The notes: generated from the letters alone by a model not told the origin. DNA of 64,000 nucleotides from Chitinophagaceae bacterium UBA2791 (GCA_002352105.1 DEHV01000080.1:5231-69230), one strand, 5' to 3'; shown: positions 45,515-55,891, numbered from the stretch's first letter. Translations and numbers: made by a program.

Positions 45515-47161
45515 TCAGGACCTTGAACCAATGTATTTTTTTAAAAAGAACAATAAATGTACAGCGGAAAAAACAAGCGAGAAATAAAACAGGCCCGCAT
45601 CTGTGCCGTTGGTAACGTCGTGATGGATAAAGGCGACTATGACCAACAAGGCAACCAGGCCCATGCCGGACAACGACACGATCCGGTTGTTCCGGGCATA
45701 AGTGGCCGGCTGATGATCAGACAAGCCGCTATATTTCATGCTGTATATAAGATAAACATCAAATCCGATCAGCATCCATACGATCAACCTGATCCAGGTA
45801 TCCAGCGGGAGGAAGATCATCATGAACAAACAGGTCGCAATACCCAGGATCGGGATCAACGGCACCAGCGGAGTTTTAAAAGCCCGTGGCAGATCAGGTT
45901 GTTTAACGCGCAATACCCATATGCCAATACATACCAGGATAAAGGCAAACAGAGTTCCTATGCTGGTCATTTCTCCCACCACCCTGGCAGGCACAAATGC
46001 CGCAAACAGGCTCACAAATATCATGAACAGGAAATTTGATTTTGCCGGGGTTCTGAACTTTGAATGAACCCTTGAAAAAACAGGCGGCAGTAAACCATCG
46101 CGGCTCATGGAAAAGAAAACCCTCGACTGTCCCATGAGCATTACCAGGATCACCGAAGCATATCCAGCCAGTATAGCCACCAAAATAGCGCGATTAAGCC
46201 AGGGATAATCCGGATGGATCACTCCGCTTGCATCGGCCGTTCCCATGCTTTCAATGGCTACGGCCACAGGAGCTATACCATCTTTGCCGGCAAAGCTCGT
46301 ATAACTGGTAACGCCTGTCATCACATGCGCAAACAGGATATACAATATGGTACAGATGGCTAGCGAGCCCAGGATGCCGATCGGCATATCTCGTTTCGGA
46401 TTCTTGGCTTCCTGCGCAGCGGTGGACACCGCGTCAAAGCCGATATAGGCGAAGAAGACGATCGCTGCAGCCCGGATCACGCCGCTAAAACCGAATTCTC
46501 CGAAAACGCCGGTGTTATCAGGAATATAAGGCACATAGTTAGAGGAATCTATATATCGCCATCCCAGGAAAATAAAAATAAGCACCAGGCCCACTTTAAG
46601 CGCTACGATCGCCATATTCACGCCTGCGCTTTCCCTGGTTCCCTTGATCAGCAATAAGCTGGCCAATATCACGATAAAAACAGCAGGGAGATTAAAGAGA
46701 CCGCCATCCCAGGGGCCTGTGGCAAGCCAGGCGGGAAGATGAATATCAAAACCTTCAAGGAACTTGACCAGGTAACGACTCCAGCTGATCGCCACCGTAG
46801 CGGCCCCCACTGCGTACTCCAATACCAGGTCCCAGCCGATGATCCAGGCTATAAATTCGCCCATGGTAGCATAAGAATACGTATAAGCGCTCCCCGCCAC
46901 AGGGATCATAGAAGCAAACTCAGCATAACAAAGGCCGGCAAAAGCGCATCCTAGCGCCGCCACGATAAACGAAATGGTAATGGCGGGCCCGGCATTATTA
47001 GCTGCAGCAAGGCCCGTGATGGAAAATAATCCTGCCCCGACGATAGCGCCGATGCCTAAGGCAACCAAAGAATAAGCGCTCAATGTTTTCTTTAATCCCT
47101 TCTCCGAATCTGCGCTCTCTTTGATCAACATGCTAATCGGCTTCCTGGCAAATAAACTCAT
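45515..47161 (-). CDS. APC-family amino acid permease (cationic amino acid transporter-like)
   Basis: The start is at the internal ATG (MSLFARKPISML). About 12-14 TM helices, with GIGAIVGAGLF and AELASMIPVAGSAYTY-like motifs. Confidence 0.9.
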   Translation of the reverse strand: MSLFARKPISMLIKESADSEKGLKKTLSAYSLVALGIGAIVGAGLFSITGLAAANNAGPAITISFIVAALGCAFAGLCYAEFASMIPVAGSAYTYSYATMGEFIAWIIGWDLVLEYAVGAATVAISWSRYLVKFLEGFDIHLPAWLATGPWDGGLFNLPAVFIVILASLLLIKGTRESAGVNMAIVALKVGLVLIFIFLGWRYIDSSNYVPYIPDNTGVFGEFGFSGVIRAAAIVFFAYIGFDAVSTAAQEAKNPKRDMPIGILGSLAICTILYILFAHVMTGVTSYTSFAGKDGIAPVAVAIESMGTADASGVIHPDYPWLNRAILVAILAGYASVILVMLMGQSRVFFSMSRDGLLPPVFSRVHSKFRTPAKSNFLFMIFVSLFAAFVPARVVGEMTSIGTLFAFILVCIGIWVLRVKQPDLPRAFKTPLVPLIPILGIATCLFMMIFLPLDTWIRLIVWMLIGFDVYLIYSMKYSGLSDHQPATYARNNRIVSLSGMGLVALLVIVAFIHHDVTNGTDAGLFYFSLVFSAVHLLFFLKKYIGSRS

Positions 47162-47318
47162 AAACAGATGGTTAATGATAATATAAAATACCTTAAAGAA
47201 AATTACGAGGCGGGAAGATAAGAATTTCCTGAATTCCATCAACCACGCATTTTATATGAACTCTTTCAGGAGATTATTTTATAAATATTATATTGCAGGG
47301 ATTATCTATGACGATTAT

Positions 47319-48692
47319 ATGAGAAAGGGCAATCGGCTAACTACATACATTCTTATTGCCCTGGCTGCGGGCATTATTCTTGGTTTTATCCTCAATATCA
47401 GCTACCTGAATAATGAAAATATGCGTCTGACGGACGCCAGCGCCAGGATCAGCGAGATCGATCAGGCGTTAAATCATATACGCGACCCTGCTTCTGCCCA
47501 ATTCCTGCAACTGTCTGCCGAAAGAGAAGAGCAGGCAAATATCCGCGAAGAAGCGCTGAAAGCGGCAAACAAAAAAGTTGAACCGTTTTCCCTGATGGGA
47601 GACGTCTTCATCAGGATGATCAAGATGATCGTCGCCCCCCTTGTTTTTTTTACGCTGGTCGTGGGAGTGGCTAAACTGGGCGATATAAAAGCCGTTGGAA
47701 GGATCGGCGGAAAGACCCTGCTTTGGTTCCTCAGCGCCTCGCTGGTAAGCCTGGTGTTGGGAATGATCCTCGTAAATTTGTTCAAGCCGGGCATCGCCAT
47801 GAACCTGCCCCTTCCCGCTGAAGGAACAAGCGTCGGCATCGGCAAGGCCACGCTTACCTTAAGGGATTTTCTCTATCATGTATTTCCTACCAGCGTTATA
47901 GACGCCATGGCCAAAAACGAGATCCTGCAGATCGTCGTATTCTCCCTGTTCTTCGGCATCGCCACCGCGGCCATTGGCGAACCGGGAGAAAAGATCATTA
48001 AGGCTTTTGACGCCATCGCGCATGTCATTCTGAAAGTAACCGGCTATGTAATGAACTTTGCGCCGCTTGCCGTGTTCGGCGCTATGACCGCGGTCATAGC
48101 CACCCAAGGCATCGGCATACTTAAAACCTATTCCCTTTTTCTGACTGAGTTTTACCTGGGATTGCTGATCCTTTGGGTAATATTGATAGCGGCCGGCAGC
48201 CTGTTTATCAAAAAAAGGGTGTTCAAATTGCTGAGGCATATAAAAGAACCCGTTCTTTTAGCATTCAGCGCGTCCAGCAGCGAAGCCGCCTTTCCCAAAA
48301 CGATGCTCGAGCTGGAACGGTTTGGATGCCGCGACAAGATCGTAAGCTTTGTGCTTCCTTTGGGGTATTCCTTCAACCTCGACGGCAGCATGATGTATAT
48401 GACCTTTGCCTCGCTGTTCATTGCGCAGTCTTACGGCATCCAGCTCGACTTTGCCACCCAGATCAGCATGCTGCTGGTGCTGATGCTCACCAGCAAGGGG
48501 ATAGCCGGAGTGCCGAGAGCGTCGCTGGTGGTCATTGCCGGAACCCTTGCCACTTTTAATATTCCCGAAGCGGGGTTGGCCCTGTTGTTGGGAATAGATC
48601 CCCTGCTGGATATGGGCAGAAGCGCTACCAACGTGGTAGGCAATAGCATTGCCACCGCCGTGGTCAGCAAACTGGAAGGGGAATTGACATAA
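47319..48692 (+). CDS. Dicarboxylate/amino acid:cation symporter (DAACS, GltP-like)
   Basis: The start is at the internal ATG (MRKGNRLTTYILIALAAG). MIVAPLVFFTLVVG, SSSEAAFP and LTSKGIAGVPRASLVVIA are present. Confidence 0.9.
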   Translation: MRKGNRLTTYILIALAAGIILGFILNISYLNNENMRLTDASARISEIDQALNHIRDPASAQFLQLSAEREEQANIREEALKAANKKVEPFSLMGDVFIRMIKMIVAPLVFFTLVVGVAKLGDIKAVGRIGGKTLLWFLSASLVSLVLGMILVNLFKPGIAMNLPLPAEGTSVGIGKATLTLRDFLYHVFPTSVIDAMAKNEILQIVVFSLFFGIATAAIGEPGEKIIKAFDAIAHVILKVTGYVMNFAPLAVFGAMTAVIATQGIGILKTYSLFLTEFYLGLLILWVILIAAGSLFIKKRVFKLLRHIKEPVLLAFSASSSEAAFPKTMLELERFGCRDKIVSFVLPLGYSFNLDGSMMYMTFASLFIAQSYGIQLDFATQISMLLVLMLTSKGIAGVPRASLVVIAGTLATFNIPEAGLALLLGIDPLLDMGRSATNVVGNSIATAVVSKLEGELT

Positions 48693-48743
48693 CCATTTTT
48701 TTAACCATTTAGTCAACTTTACGTTTACCGAATTCAACCACAT

Positions 48744-49439
48744 GTGATGTTCTTAATAGACGCTTTTAACTGGACCCAATTATTACAACCTCAGTTTTAT
48801 ATTGATAATGGAGGGCTATGGCTGGTGCTTTTTATCATTTTTGCAGAGACCGGTTTGTTTGCAGGTTTTTTTCTGCCCGGCGATTCCCTGTTATTTGTTG
48901 CGGGCATCTTCAGCTCCCAACTCGCCGCCTCATTCTACGATACCCAAAGCGATTTTCTGAACCTGCTGCTGATCATAGCCCTTACTTCCGTTGCCGGCAT
49001 TCTTGGTAATACGGTAGGCTATTGGTTCGGCAGAAAAATAGGTCCGTCGATGTTTACCTGGAGGGACAGGTTTCTTTTTAAACAGCGCTACCTGTACCAG
49101 GCCAGGGACTTTTACGACAAGCACGGGGGCGGAGCTATCGTGTTTGCGAGGTTTTTGCCCGTAGTCCGTACTTTTGCGCCCATCGTTGCAGGGATCGTCA
49201 ATATGGATAGAAAAAAATTCGGCTTTTATAATATTATAGGCTGCATTGCATGGACCACTTCCATGCTCGGCGCCGGGCATTATCTCCAACGTTTTTTTCT
49301 TGATAAATTTAATTACGATCTCAAGGAACACCTTGAGGTGATCGTGCTGGGCATTGTGCTGGTCACTACGGCCCCCGTCATTTTTAAAATGTTCTTCAGT
49401 AAAAGAAAAGACCCTTCACCACCACCAAACCCCTCATAA
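48744..49439 (+). CDS. DedA family (VTT domain) membrane protein
   Basis: FAETGLFAGFFLPGDSLLFVAG and GGGAIVFARFLPVVRTFAPIVAG. Confidence 0.85.
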   Translation: MMFLIDAFNWTQLLQPQFYIDNGGLWLVLFIIFAETGLFAGFFLPGDSLLFVAGIFSSQLAASFYDTQSDFLNLLLIIALTSVAGILGNTVGYWFGRKIGPSMFTWRDRFLFKQRYLYQARDFYDKHGGGAIVFARFLPVVRTFAPIVAGIVNMDRKKFGFYNIIGCIAWTTSMLGAGHYLQRFFLDKFNYDLKEHLEVIVLGIVLVTTAPVIFKMFFSKRKDPSPPPNPS

Positions 49440-49441
49440 GT

Positions 49442-50671
49442 ATGAGTCAAAAACAGTATGGCATTTTATCCATCCCGGTAATTGTCGCCGCCCTGGGCTA
49501 TTTCGTAGACATCTACGACCTGCTTTTATTTGGCATCATCCGCGTTCCCAGTCTCACGTCGTTGGGGCTCACGGGAGAACAGATCATGATCGACGGCGAA
49601 AAAATTATTATGTGGCAGATGGGCGGCCTGCTGGTCGGCGGTATCCTGTGGGGAGTAATGGGCGATCGCCGCGGAAGGCTCAGCGTTCTATTCGGCTCGA
49701 TCGTGCTGTATTCGCTGGCCAATATTGCCAATGGTTTTGTGCAGACGGTGGAACAATACGCCTGGATACGGTTTATCGCCGGAATAGGCCTCGCAGGAGA
49801 ACTCGGCGCCGGCATTACCCTGGTATCGGAGATCACTTCCCGCGAAAAAAGAGGGATCGCCACCTCGCTGGTGGCGGGGATCGGACTTACGGGAGCGATC
49901 GCCGCCTTTATCATGAAAGAGAACTTCCATTGGCGCACCTGTTATTTTATCGGAGGGGGGCTGGGACTGTTATTGCTGATATTGCGGATCTCTGTTTTTG
50001 AATCGGGCATGTTTCATCATGTAAAGACCATGAAGGTGCAGCGCGGCAATTTTTTAATGCTCTTCAATAAGGCCGAACGTTTTAAAAGATATCTCACCAG
50101 CATCCTCATCGGCCTGCCGACCTGGTTCGTTATTGGCGTACTGGTCACTTTCTCGGGCGAGTTTGGCGAGCAGATGGGCATCGTTGAAAAAATTGATCCC
50201 GGTAAATCGATCATGTATGCTTATGTGGGCATCTCTATCGGAGACGTGCTGATCGGGTTCATCAGCCAGTGGCTGCGAAGCCGCAAAAAGGCGCTATATG
50301 TTTTTTATACCATCACCTGCATATTCATGCTCCTGTTCTTTACCATCCAGTGGAATGGTTCAGCGGCAAGAATGTATTGGATATGCGGAGGGCTTGGTTT
50401 CGGCACCGGGTTTTGGGCCATATTCGTGACCATGGGCGCGGAACAGTTTGGCACCAACCTGCGCGCAACGGCCGCCACTACCATACCTAATATGGTCCGG
50501 GGCATGTTGACCGTATTCATTTTACCCTTATTCCAGGGGCTGCGATTTATAACCGGAGATTATATAACAGGCGGATGGATCACGGCCATTATCCTCATGG
50601 CAATAACCCTGACCGCCATGATCTCCGCGAAGGAAACATTTGGAAAGGACCTGAACTTTGTAGAAGAATAA
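49442..50671 (+). CDS. MFS transporter
   Basis: Twelve predicted TM helices, with the GVMGDRRGR motif (MFS loop 2-3). Confidence 0.85.
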   Translation: MSQKQYGILSIPVIVAALGYFVDIYDLLLFGIIRVPSLTSLGLTGEQIMIDGEKIIMWQMGGLLVGGILWGVMGDRRGRLSVLFGSIVLYSLANIANGFVQTVEQYAWIRFIAGIGLAGELGAGITLVSEITSREKRGIATSLVAGIGLTGAIAAFIMKENFHWRTCYFIGGGLGLLLLILRISVFESGMFHHVKTMKVQRGNFLMLFNKAERFKRYLTSILIGLPTWFVIGVLVTFSGEFGEQMGIVEKIDPGKSIMYAYVGISIGDVLIGFISQWLRSRKKALYVFYTITCIFMLLFFTIQWNGSAARMYWICGGLGFGTGFWAIFVTMGAEQFGTNLRATAATTIPNMVRGMLTVFILPLFQGLRFITGDYITGGWITAIILMAITLTAMISAKETFGKDLNFVEE

Positions 50672-50755
50672 GCAATTTGCGGGATCCGGCTTACTGATCG
50701 CCAATTGCACGGAAACTTAGCGGGGAATAAAGTCCAATAACAAAATGATCAAAGA

Positions 50756-51922
50756 ATGAAATTCCTGGTAATCCGCTTTTCATCCATTGGAGATATCGTA
50801 CTGGCCACGCCGGTAGTGCGGTGTTTAAAAAAGCAGATCATTACCGCGGAAGTGCATTTTCTCACCAAATCTTCTTTCAGGATCGTCACAGAAAGCAATC
50901 CGTATATCGATAAGTTCTTTTACTACGACGACAATCTTTCCGGGCTGATCACGGAACTGAAAAAAGAGCAATATGATTATGTCATCGACCTGCATAACAA
51001 TATCCGGTCGATAAAAATAAAAAGAGCGCTAGGCGTAAAATACTATACGATCAGCAAACTGAACTTCCGGAAACTGCTGCTCACCAAATTCCGGATCAAT
51101 ATCATGCCAGGCCGGCATATTACCTTAAGAAGCCTGGATACGGTAAAAGCTTTTGGCGTGCAGGACGATGGATCGGGGCTGGATTATTTTATTCCCGAAA
51201 AAGACAGGATAAAAGAAGAGGACCTGCCTGCCTCGCACCTGGCAGGTTATATTGCCATTGTCATCGGCGCGTCCTACCACACCAAGAAACTGCCGCCTCA
51301 TAAACTGAAAGCGCTCTGCGAAAGCATCGATCATCCGATCATTCTTGTAGGAGGGAAGGAAGACCGGGAAGCAGGGGAATACGCTGCAGAGTCGGACCGG
51401 ATCAGGATCTATAACGCCTGCGGTAAATTCAACCTGAATGAATCGGCTGATATCGTGCGAAGGGCAAAGCTGGTGATCTCACACGATACCGGTCTGCAAT
51501 ACATTGCCGCAGCATTTAACAAACCCATCCTGGCTATCTGGGGAAGCACCTCCCCCAAGCTTGATGTAGAACCCTGGTATGGAAGCGGTTACCTGTCGGC
51601 TTTCCGGCAGATCGCAGCATCGCAAATGCGCCCTGACGCAGAAACGGCTCAGCCGCCGCAAACCACGCATGCGCAGGAAGCAAAGACGCAGGGAAACCGC
51701 TCAGCCGTTTCGGAAGCCGGGATGCCATCCGGAGAGGCGGGCATCCCGGACGTTGATACCAGGATGCTAAAGCCTTATGAGAATATTATGGTTCCGGGCT
51801 TGCGCTGTCAGCCCTGCAGCAAATTCGGCAATCACAGGTGTCCCCTGGGCCATTTCAACTGCATGGAAAAAATGGATATCGCGCATATAGCAGAAAGGGT
51901 CAGGATAAGGTTAGGAAGATGA
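50756..51922 (+). CDS. Glycosyltransferase family 9 (heptosyltransferase-like) protein with an internal low-complexity insertion
   Basis: MKFLVIRFSSIGDIVLATPVVRCLK, SHDTGLQYIAAAFNKPILAIWG and the C-terminal CQPCSKFGNHRCPLGHFNCM. Confidence 0.8.
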   Translation: MKFLVIRFSSIGDIVLATPVVRCLKKQIITAEVHFLTKSSFRIVTESNPYIDKFFYYDDNLSGLITELKKEQYDYVIDLHNNIRSIKIKRALGVKYYTISKLNFRKLLLTKFRINIMPGRHITLRSLDTVKAFGVQDDGSGLDYFIPEKDRIKEEDLPASHLAGYIAIVIGASYHTKKLPPHKLKALCESIDHPIILVGGKEDREAGEYAAESDRIRIYNACGKFNLNESADIVRRAKLVISHDTGLQYIAAAFNKPILAIWGSTSPKLDVEPWYGSGYLSAFRQIAASQMRPDAETAQPPQTTHAQEAKTQGNRSAVSEAGMPSGEAGIPDVDTRMLKPYENIMVPGLRCQPCSKFGNHRCPLGHFNCMEKMDIAHIAERVRIRLGR

Positions 51923-51987
51923 GCCGGCCGCCCGGATCCCCGTAAGCGGTCGGGAAAGCAATATGGCCGGCCCGATCCTTCAATACA

Positions 51988-52917
51988 TTATAAGGTCTTC
52001 AGCACGTCATTCATCGCCCTCACCGCGGCGGCGCTCTTATCAAACAGCGCCTGTTCGTCGGCATTCAGTTTAAAATCAATGATCTTTTCCCAGCCATTTT
52101 TACCGAGGGTAACGGGCACGCCGAGACAGATATCTTTCTGGCCATATTCGCCTTCCAGCGATACGCAGCAGCTGAATAATTTCTTCTCATCCCGGATAAT
52201 GCTTTCTACCATAGCGGCTCCTGCGGCGCCGGGGGCATACCATGCGGAAGTGCCGATCAGTTTGGTCAGCGTAGCGCCGCCCACCATGGTATCCGCTACG
52301 ATCCTGGCTTGTTGCTCAGCGCTCAGCAATTCGGTTACGGGAACGCTGTTCCAGGTAGCAAAACGAATCAGGGGGATCATGGTAGTATCTCCATGCCCGC
52401 CGATCACCAGCGCATTCAGGTCGGCCGGGCTGCATCCGAGATGCTGGCTAAGCTGGTAACGGAAACGTGCGCTATCCAATGCCCCGCCCATGCCTATGAT
52501 CCGGTTCTTGGGAAGTCCTGTGGCCTGCAATGCCAGGTAGGTCATTGTATCCATGGGGTTGCTGATCACGATGATGATCGCATCAGGGGAATGTTTGAGA
52601 ATATTTTCTGCCACGCCCTTAACGATGCCCGCGTTTACGCCAATAAGCTCTTCGCGGGTCATGCCGGGTTTACGGGGCAATCCGGAAGTGATGACCACCA
52701 CCTTGCTGCCTGCCGTTTTGGAATAATCGTTGGTAGATCCGGTGATGCGGGTATCAAACCCCAAAAGCGCGGCCGACTGCATGATATCTTGCGCCTTTCC
52801 TTCGGATACGCCTTCCTTTATATCCAATAAAACCAATTCTTCCGCCAGTTCTTTACGGGCAATATTATCTGCGCAGGTCGCCCCAACAGCGCCAGCTCCA
52901 ACTACAGTTACTTTCAT
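51988..52917 (-). CDS. mdh: Malate dehydrogenase (LDH-like type)
   Basis: The start is at the internal ATG: MKVTVVGAGAVGATCA. ITSGLPRKPGMTREEL, VISNPMD and GGHGDTMIP-like motifs are present. Confidence 0.95.
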   Translation of the reverse strand: MKVTVVGAGAVGATCADNIARKELAEELVLLDIKEGVSEGKAQDIMQSAALLGFDTRITGSTNDYSKTAGSKVVVITSGLPRKPGMTREELIGVNAGIVKGVAENILKHSPDAIIIVISNPMDTMTYLALQATGLPKNRIIGMGGALDSARFRYQLSQHLGCSPADLNALVIGGHGDTTMIPLIRFATWNSVPVTELLSAEQQARIVADTMVGGATLTKLIGTSAWYAPGAAGAAMVESIIRDEKKLFSCCVSLEGEYGQKDICLGVPVTLGKNGWEKIIDFKLNADEQALFDKSAAAVRAMNDVLKTL

Positions 52918-52999
52918 GTACTTTGTTTTGAAATGAAAAATAATTTGCGGAGCAAAGGTAGTTGTGTTAAGCATGCAGGCAAACTATTTTGCCTTCCCC

Positions 53000-53686
53000 T
53001 CAGGATTTTGCTTCGTCGAGGATGCCATTTTTCACCGCATACATGACCAGGCCGGCCATAGATTTTGCGCCGGTTTTGGTCTTCAGTTTATCGCGGATGG
53101 CTTCCACCGTACGGGGGCTGATCTCGACGATATCGGCGATCTCCTTGGTTGTTTTTTCTTCGCACATCAGCTTTAACACCCGGAGTTCTTTTTCAGAAAG
53201 CTCGGCTTCCTGAACGCCAAAAACATCGGTTCTTTTTGTCCTGAGACCCGTAAGCAGGGCCTTATTGGTAAGCTCATTAAAGAAAAACTCGTTTTCGTAG
53301 CAGGTCTTTATCGCCTGGTAGATGGTTTCTGAATCGGAGTTTTTGGTGAGATAACTGTTCGCGCCTATTTCCATCAACCGGGAGATCATGGAATGATCGT
53401 TATGCATGGACAGGATGATCACTTTGGCTTCGGGTCGTATTTTTTTGATTTCCGGGAGCGCCTGGATCCCATCCATAACAGGCATCTGAATATCTAGTAG
53501 AATTACGTCGGGCTCCATATGGCGAAGGAGGTTAAGCAATTGCATTCCATTGTCGGCTTCAGCAATCAGTTCCACATCTTTTTTTGCGGATAATGCTGTT
53601 TTAACGCCAGCCCGAAAAAGCGCATGATCGTCTGCAATAGCTACTTTAATAGGAGTTTCTGCCTCATTTGGTCTCATGGGTTGCAT
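53000..53686 (-). CDS. Response regulator, NarL/LuxR family (REC + HTH_LuxR)
   Basis: IKVAIADDH, DVILLDIQMPVMDG, LSEKELRVLKLMCEEKTTKEIADIVEISPRTVEAIRDKL. The start is uncertain (ATG at 53686 or 53677, or further upstream at 53740). Confidence 0.85.
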   Translation of the reverse strand: MQPMRPNEAETPIKVAIADDHALFRAGVKTALSAKKDVELIAEADNGMQLLNLLRHMEPDVILLDIQMPVMDGIQALPEIKKIRPEAKVIILSMHNDHSMISRLMEIGANSYLTKNSDSETIYQAIKTCYENEFFFNELTNKALLTGLRTKRTDVFGVQEAELSEKELRVLKLMCEEKTTKEIADIVEISPRTVEAIRDKLKTKTGAKSMAGLVMYAVKNGILDEAKS

Positions 53687-53963
53687 TTTAGGTTCAAATA
53701 GGGTATCAAGCCCACGCAAGATGGTAATTTTTCCTGACAAATACCATAGGAAATTTACGAAATTATACTATTTCGGAATATACTATAACGCAGCAGGAGA
53801 TAGGAAGAACGCGGATTCCGGAATAGTAAACAGCGCAGCCCGACCGGCAAAAAACACATGACCCGAAACCGTTGTTGTACGAGTCGTCGCGTAATTGCTG
53901 AAGCAAGTAAATCAGGGATTTATGCTATTGTTAACATTATGTTCAAAAATTATATTTGTTAAT

Positions 53964-54075
53964 AAGTTGATTGACGAAGATACAGCCGTATAATTCAATA
54001 TCCTTAGAACCGCCGTCCAAAAAGAAATTCCATCTTCCTATGAATCGCAGGCTAAAATCCAATGTCAATCAACTT
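53964..54075. repeat. Inverted repeat AAGTTGATTGAC / GTCAATCAACTT flanking 88 bp (copy 1 of a conserved intergenic element)
   Basis: The 12-bp arms are perfect, at 53964-53975 and 54064-54075. The element is homologous to 57632-57735. Confidence 0.85.
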
Positions 54076-54452
54076 CCTTTTTCAATATCGTATTTCGCCG
54101 AATCCCGTTTGCACGGGATATTCGCCTGATGAAAAGCTTCCTGTTTTAATATCACACCTCCACGTGTTATCGGCAATGAAGCTGCGTTTTCGCTTCCGTT
54201 GATGGTTCCTTTAAAAAGATCATCCATTTCTTATTATCCGCTTTGTTATTCCCAGAATCCCAGTGTTCCTGAAAAGGCCGGAGTCGTCGTCTGCGGAAAT
54301 ACAGGTTGATCCTGTGCAGGCCTGCCCGGCAGAACCAAACGAAAAACAACGGTTTTTTACCGCTTTTTTCTTGTGCAACACGCGCTTGCATACCGTGCGG
54401 CAGGTTTGTGAATGATCTACCTTGCTTATTGTCTAACGTAAAACGACCGGAC

Positions 54453-55112
54453 ATGTCGGCCTATTTTGCCAGATGTTATTTTACCATACCGATCCAGCTA
54501 ATGCTCAATATCTTTTTCCTTATTGCGTATGTTCTTCATTATAAAAAGCTAAAAGGTATGGGAGGAATTGCGCTCTATGCTGTTGTTACGCTGGCGCAAT
54601 GCGTTGCCGGGATCTATTTGATCCTATCGCCATCCCGCGGTAGACTGCCGGAAGCTTTCATGGAGATCTTTATGGCGGTAGAATTTATCCTGTTTTACCT
54701 GTTCCTGACCGGCTCGATCCGGGCGCGCCTTTTCAGGTTTATCCTTAAAACGGTCATGATCCTTTTCCCCGCTGCGATACTGTATTTCCAGGCCTTTTCG
54801 CCTTCCTTATATCGCCCGGTTTTTCGGTTTAGCATGACCGAAACATACCTTATTGTCATTCCCTGCCTGTTTTATTACTATGAGCTTTTCATGACAGAAA
54901 CAGCGGTAAATCTATTCAACGAATCCCGCTTATGGGCAGTTTCGGGAATATTTTTTTTCATGCTGCTGTCGTCATTTTTTACACAGGGTTACGGGCCTTA
55001 TGCGGCATTACATGAACCGTCCGGCATTTATGCCGTTGCGCTCTTTGGATATATATTTCTTTTCATCTCTTTTATTATCGCTTTAGCATGTCAAATCCGG
55101 ATACAGAAATGA
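54453..55112 (+). CDS. Multi-TM (about 6-7 TM) membrane protein, likely the split sensor module of the downstream kinase
   Basis: ATG at 54453 (MSAYFARC...). The protein is hydrophobic throughout. Its TGA overlaps the ATG of the next gene (ATGA at 55109-55112). Confidence 0.6.
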   Translation: MSAYFARCYFTIPIQLMLNIFFLIAYVLHYKKLKGMGGIALYAVVTLAQCVAGIYLILSPSRGRLPEAFMEIFMAVEFILFYLFLTGSIRARLFRFILKTVMILFPAAILYFQAFSPSLYRPVFRFSMTETYLIVIPCLFYYYELFMTETAVNLFNESRLWAVSGIFFFMLLSSFFTQGYGPYAALHEPSGIYAVALFGYIFLFISFIIALACQIRIQK

Positions 55113-55882
55113 TCGCTTTTATAATCGGCAATACCGGTTTGATCCTGTTGTTGTCAGGATTCATCATGACCATATTGTTCCTTCATAAAAGAAAACAGTT
55201 CCTGTTCCGGCAGAATATTGAAGACATCAAAGTATCGCACGAAAAAAACCTGCTGAGAACGCAACTGGAGATACAGGAGCAAACCCTAATGAACGTTTCG
55301 CGGGATATTCATGACAACATCTCGCTTTCCCTCACGCTGTCCAAGCTATACCTGAACAGTTTGTCTTATGCAGACCCGGCGGAGATACCTGAAAAGATCA
55401 GCATTTCGGCATCCCTTATCGGCGAAGCCATTCAAAACCTCAGCAATATTTCAAAAAGCCTGAATACCGATATCATCAATCATTTCGGGTTGTTAAAAGC
55501 CATTGAGAACGAGATCGCCGCCCTTAGGAAAACAGGACTGTTTGAAATTCAATACGAGGTTTCTGGCATCCCGGTATTCATGGAATGCCAGAAGGAGCTG
55601 ATATTGTTCCGGATCGTTCAGGAAGCGTTCAACAATATCATAAAACATGCGCAGGCGAAAAAGATATCCCTTCATCTGCGGTATGGCGCCTCCCAACTGG
55701 AATTACAGGTAAGCGACGACGGGATCGGGTTTTCACCAGAACATATCCATACATGTAGAAAGACAAAGCCCACGGCCGGGTTAAACAATATCCGGCAACG
55801 AACCAAAATGCTCAATGGAGCGTGTTGTATCGACAATATTCCCGGCTCGGGAGCCGCCATTAAAATATCTGTTCCATTTTAA
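55109..55882 (+). CDS. Sensor histidine kinase, HisKA_3 (NarX/DesK-like) class, single TM
   Basis: The H-box is VSRDIHDNISLSL. HATPase_c motifs are QEAFNNIIKHA, DDGIGF and GLNNIRQR. Confidence 0.85.
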   Translation: MIAFIIGNTGLILLLSGFIMTILFLHKRKQFLFRQNIEDIKVSHEKNLLRTQLEIQEQTLMNVSRDIHDNISLSLTLSKLYLNSLSYADPAEIPEKISISASLIGEAIQNLSNISKSLNTDIINHFGLLKAIENEIAALRKTGLFEIQYEVSGIPVFMECQKELILFRIVQEAFNNIIKHAQAKKISLHLRYGASQLELQVSDDGIGFSPEHIHTCRKTKPTAGLNNIRQRTKMLNGACCIDNIPGSGAAIKISVPF

Positions 55883-55891
55883 ATCAAGCTC

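Noticed and set aside
49354-50001. 215-aa Arg-rich plus-strand ORF spanning the DedA/MFS junction.
   Set aside because: It is an alternative frame of the MFS transporter gene. Its composition (R/G/P runs) is characteristic of an off-frame translation.
54167-54454. 95-aa minus-strand ORF in the module-1 intergenic region, and the 54306 TTG extension of the membrane-protein gene.
   Set aside because: Neither has a motif, and the composition is Arg/Cys-rich. The ATG at 54453 gives a sensible hydrophobic N-terminus.
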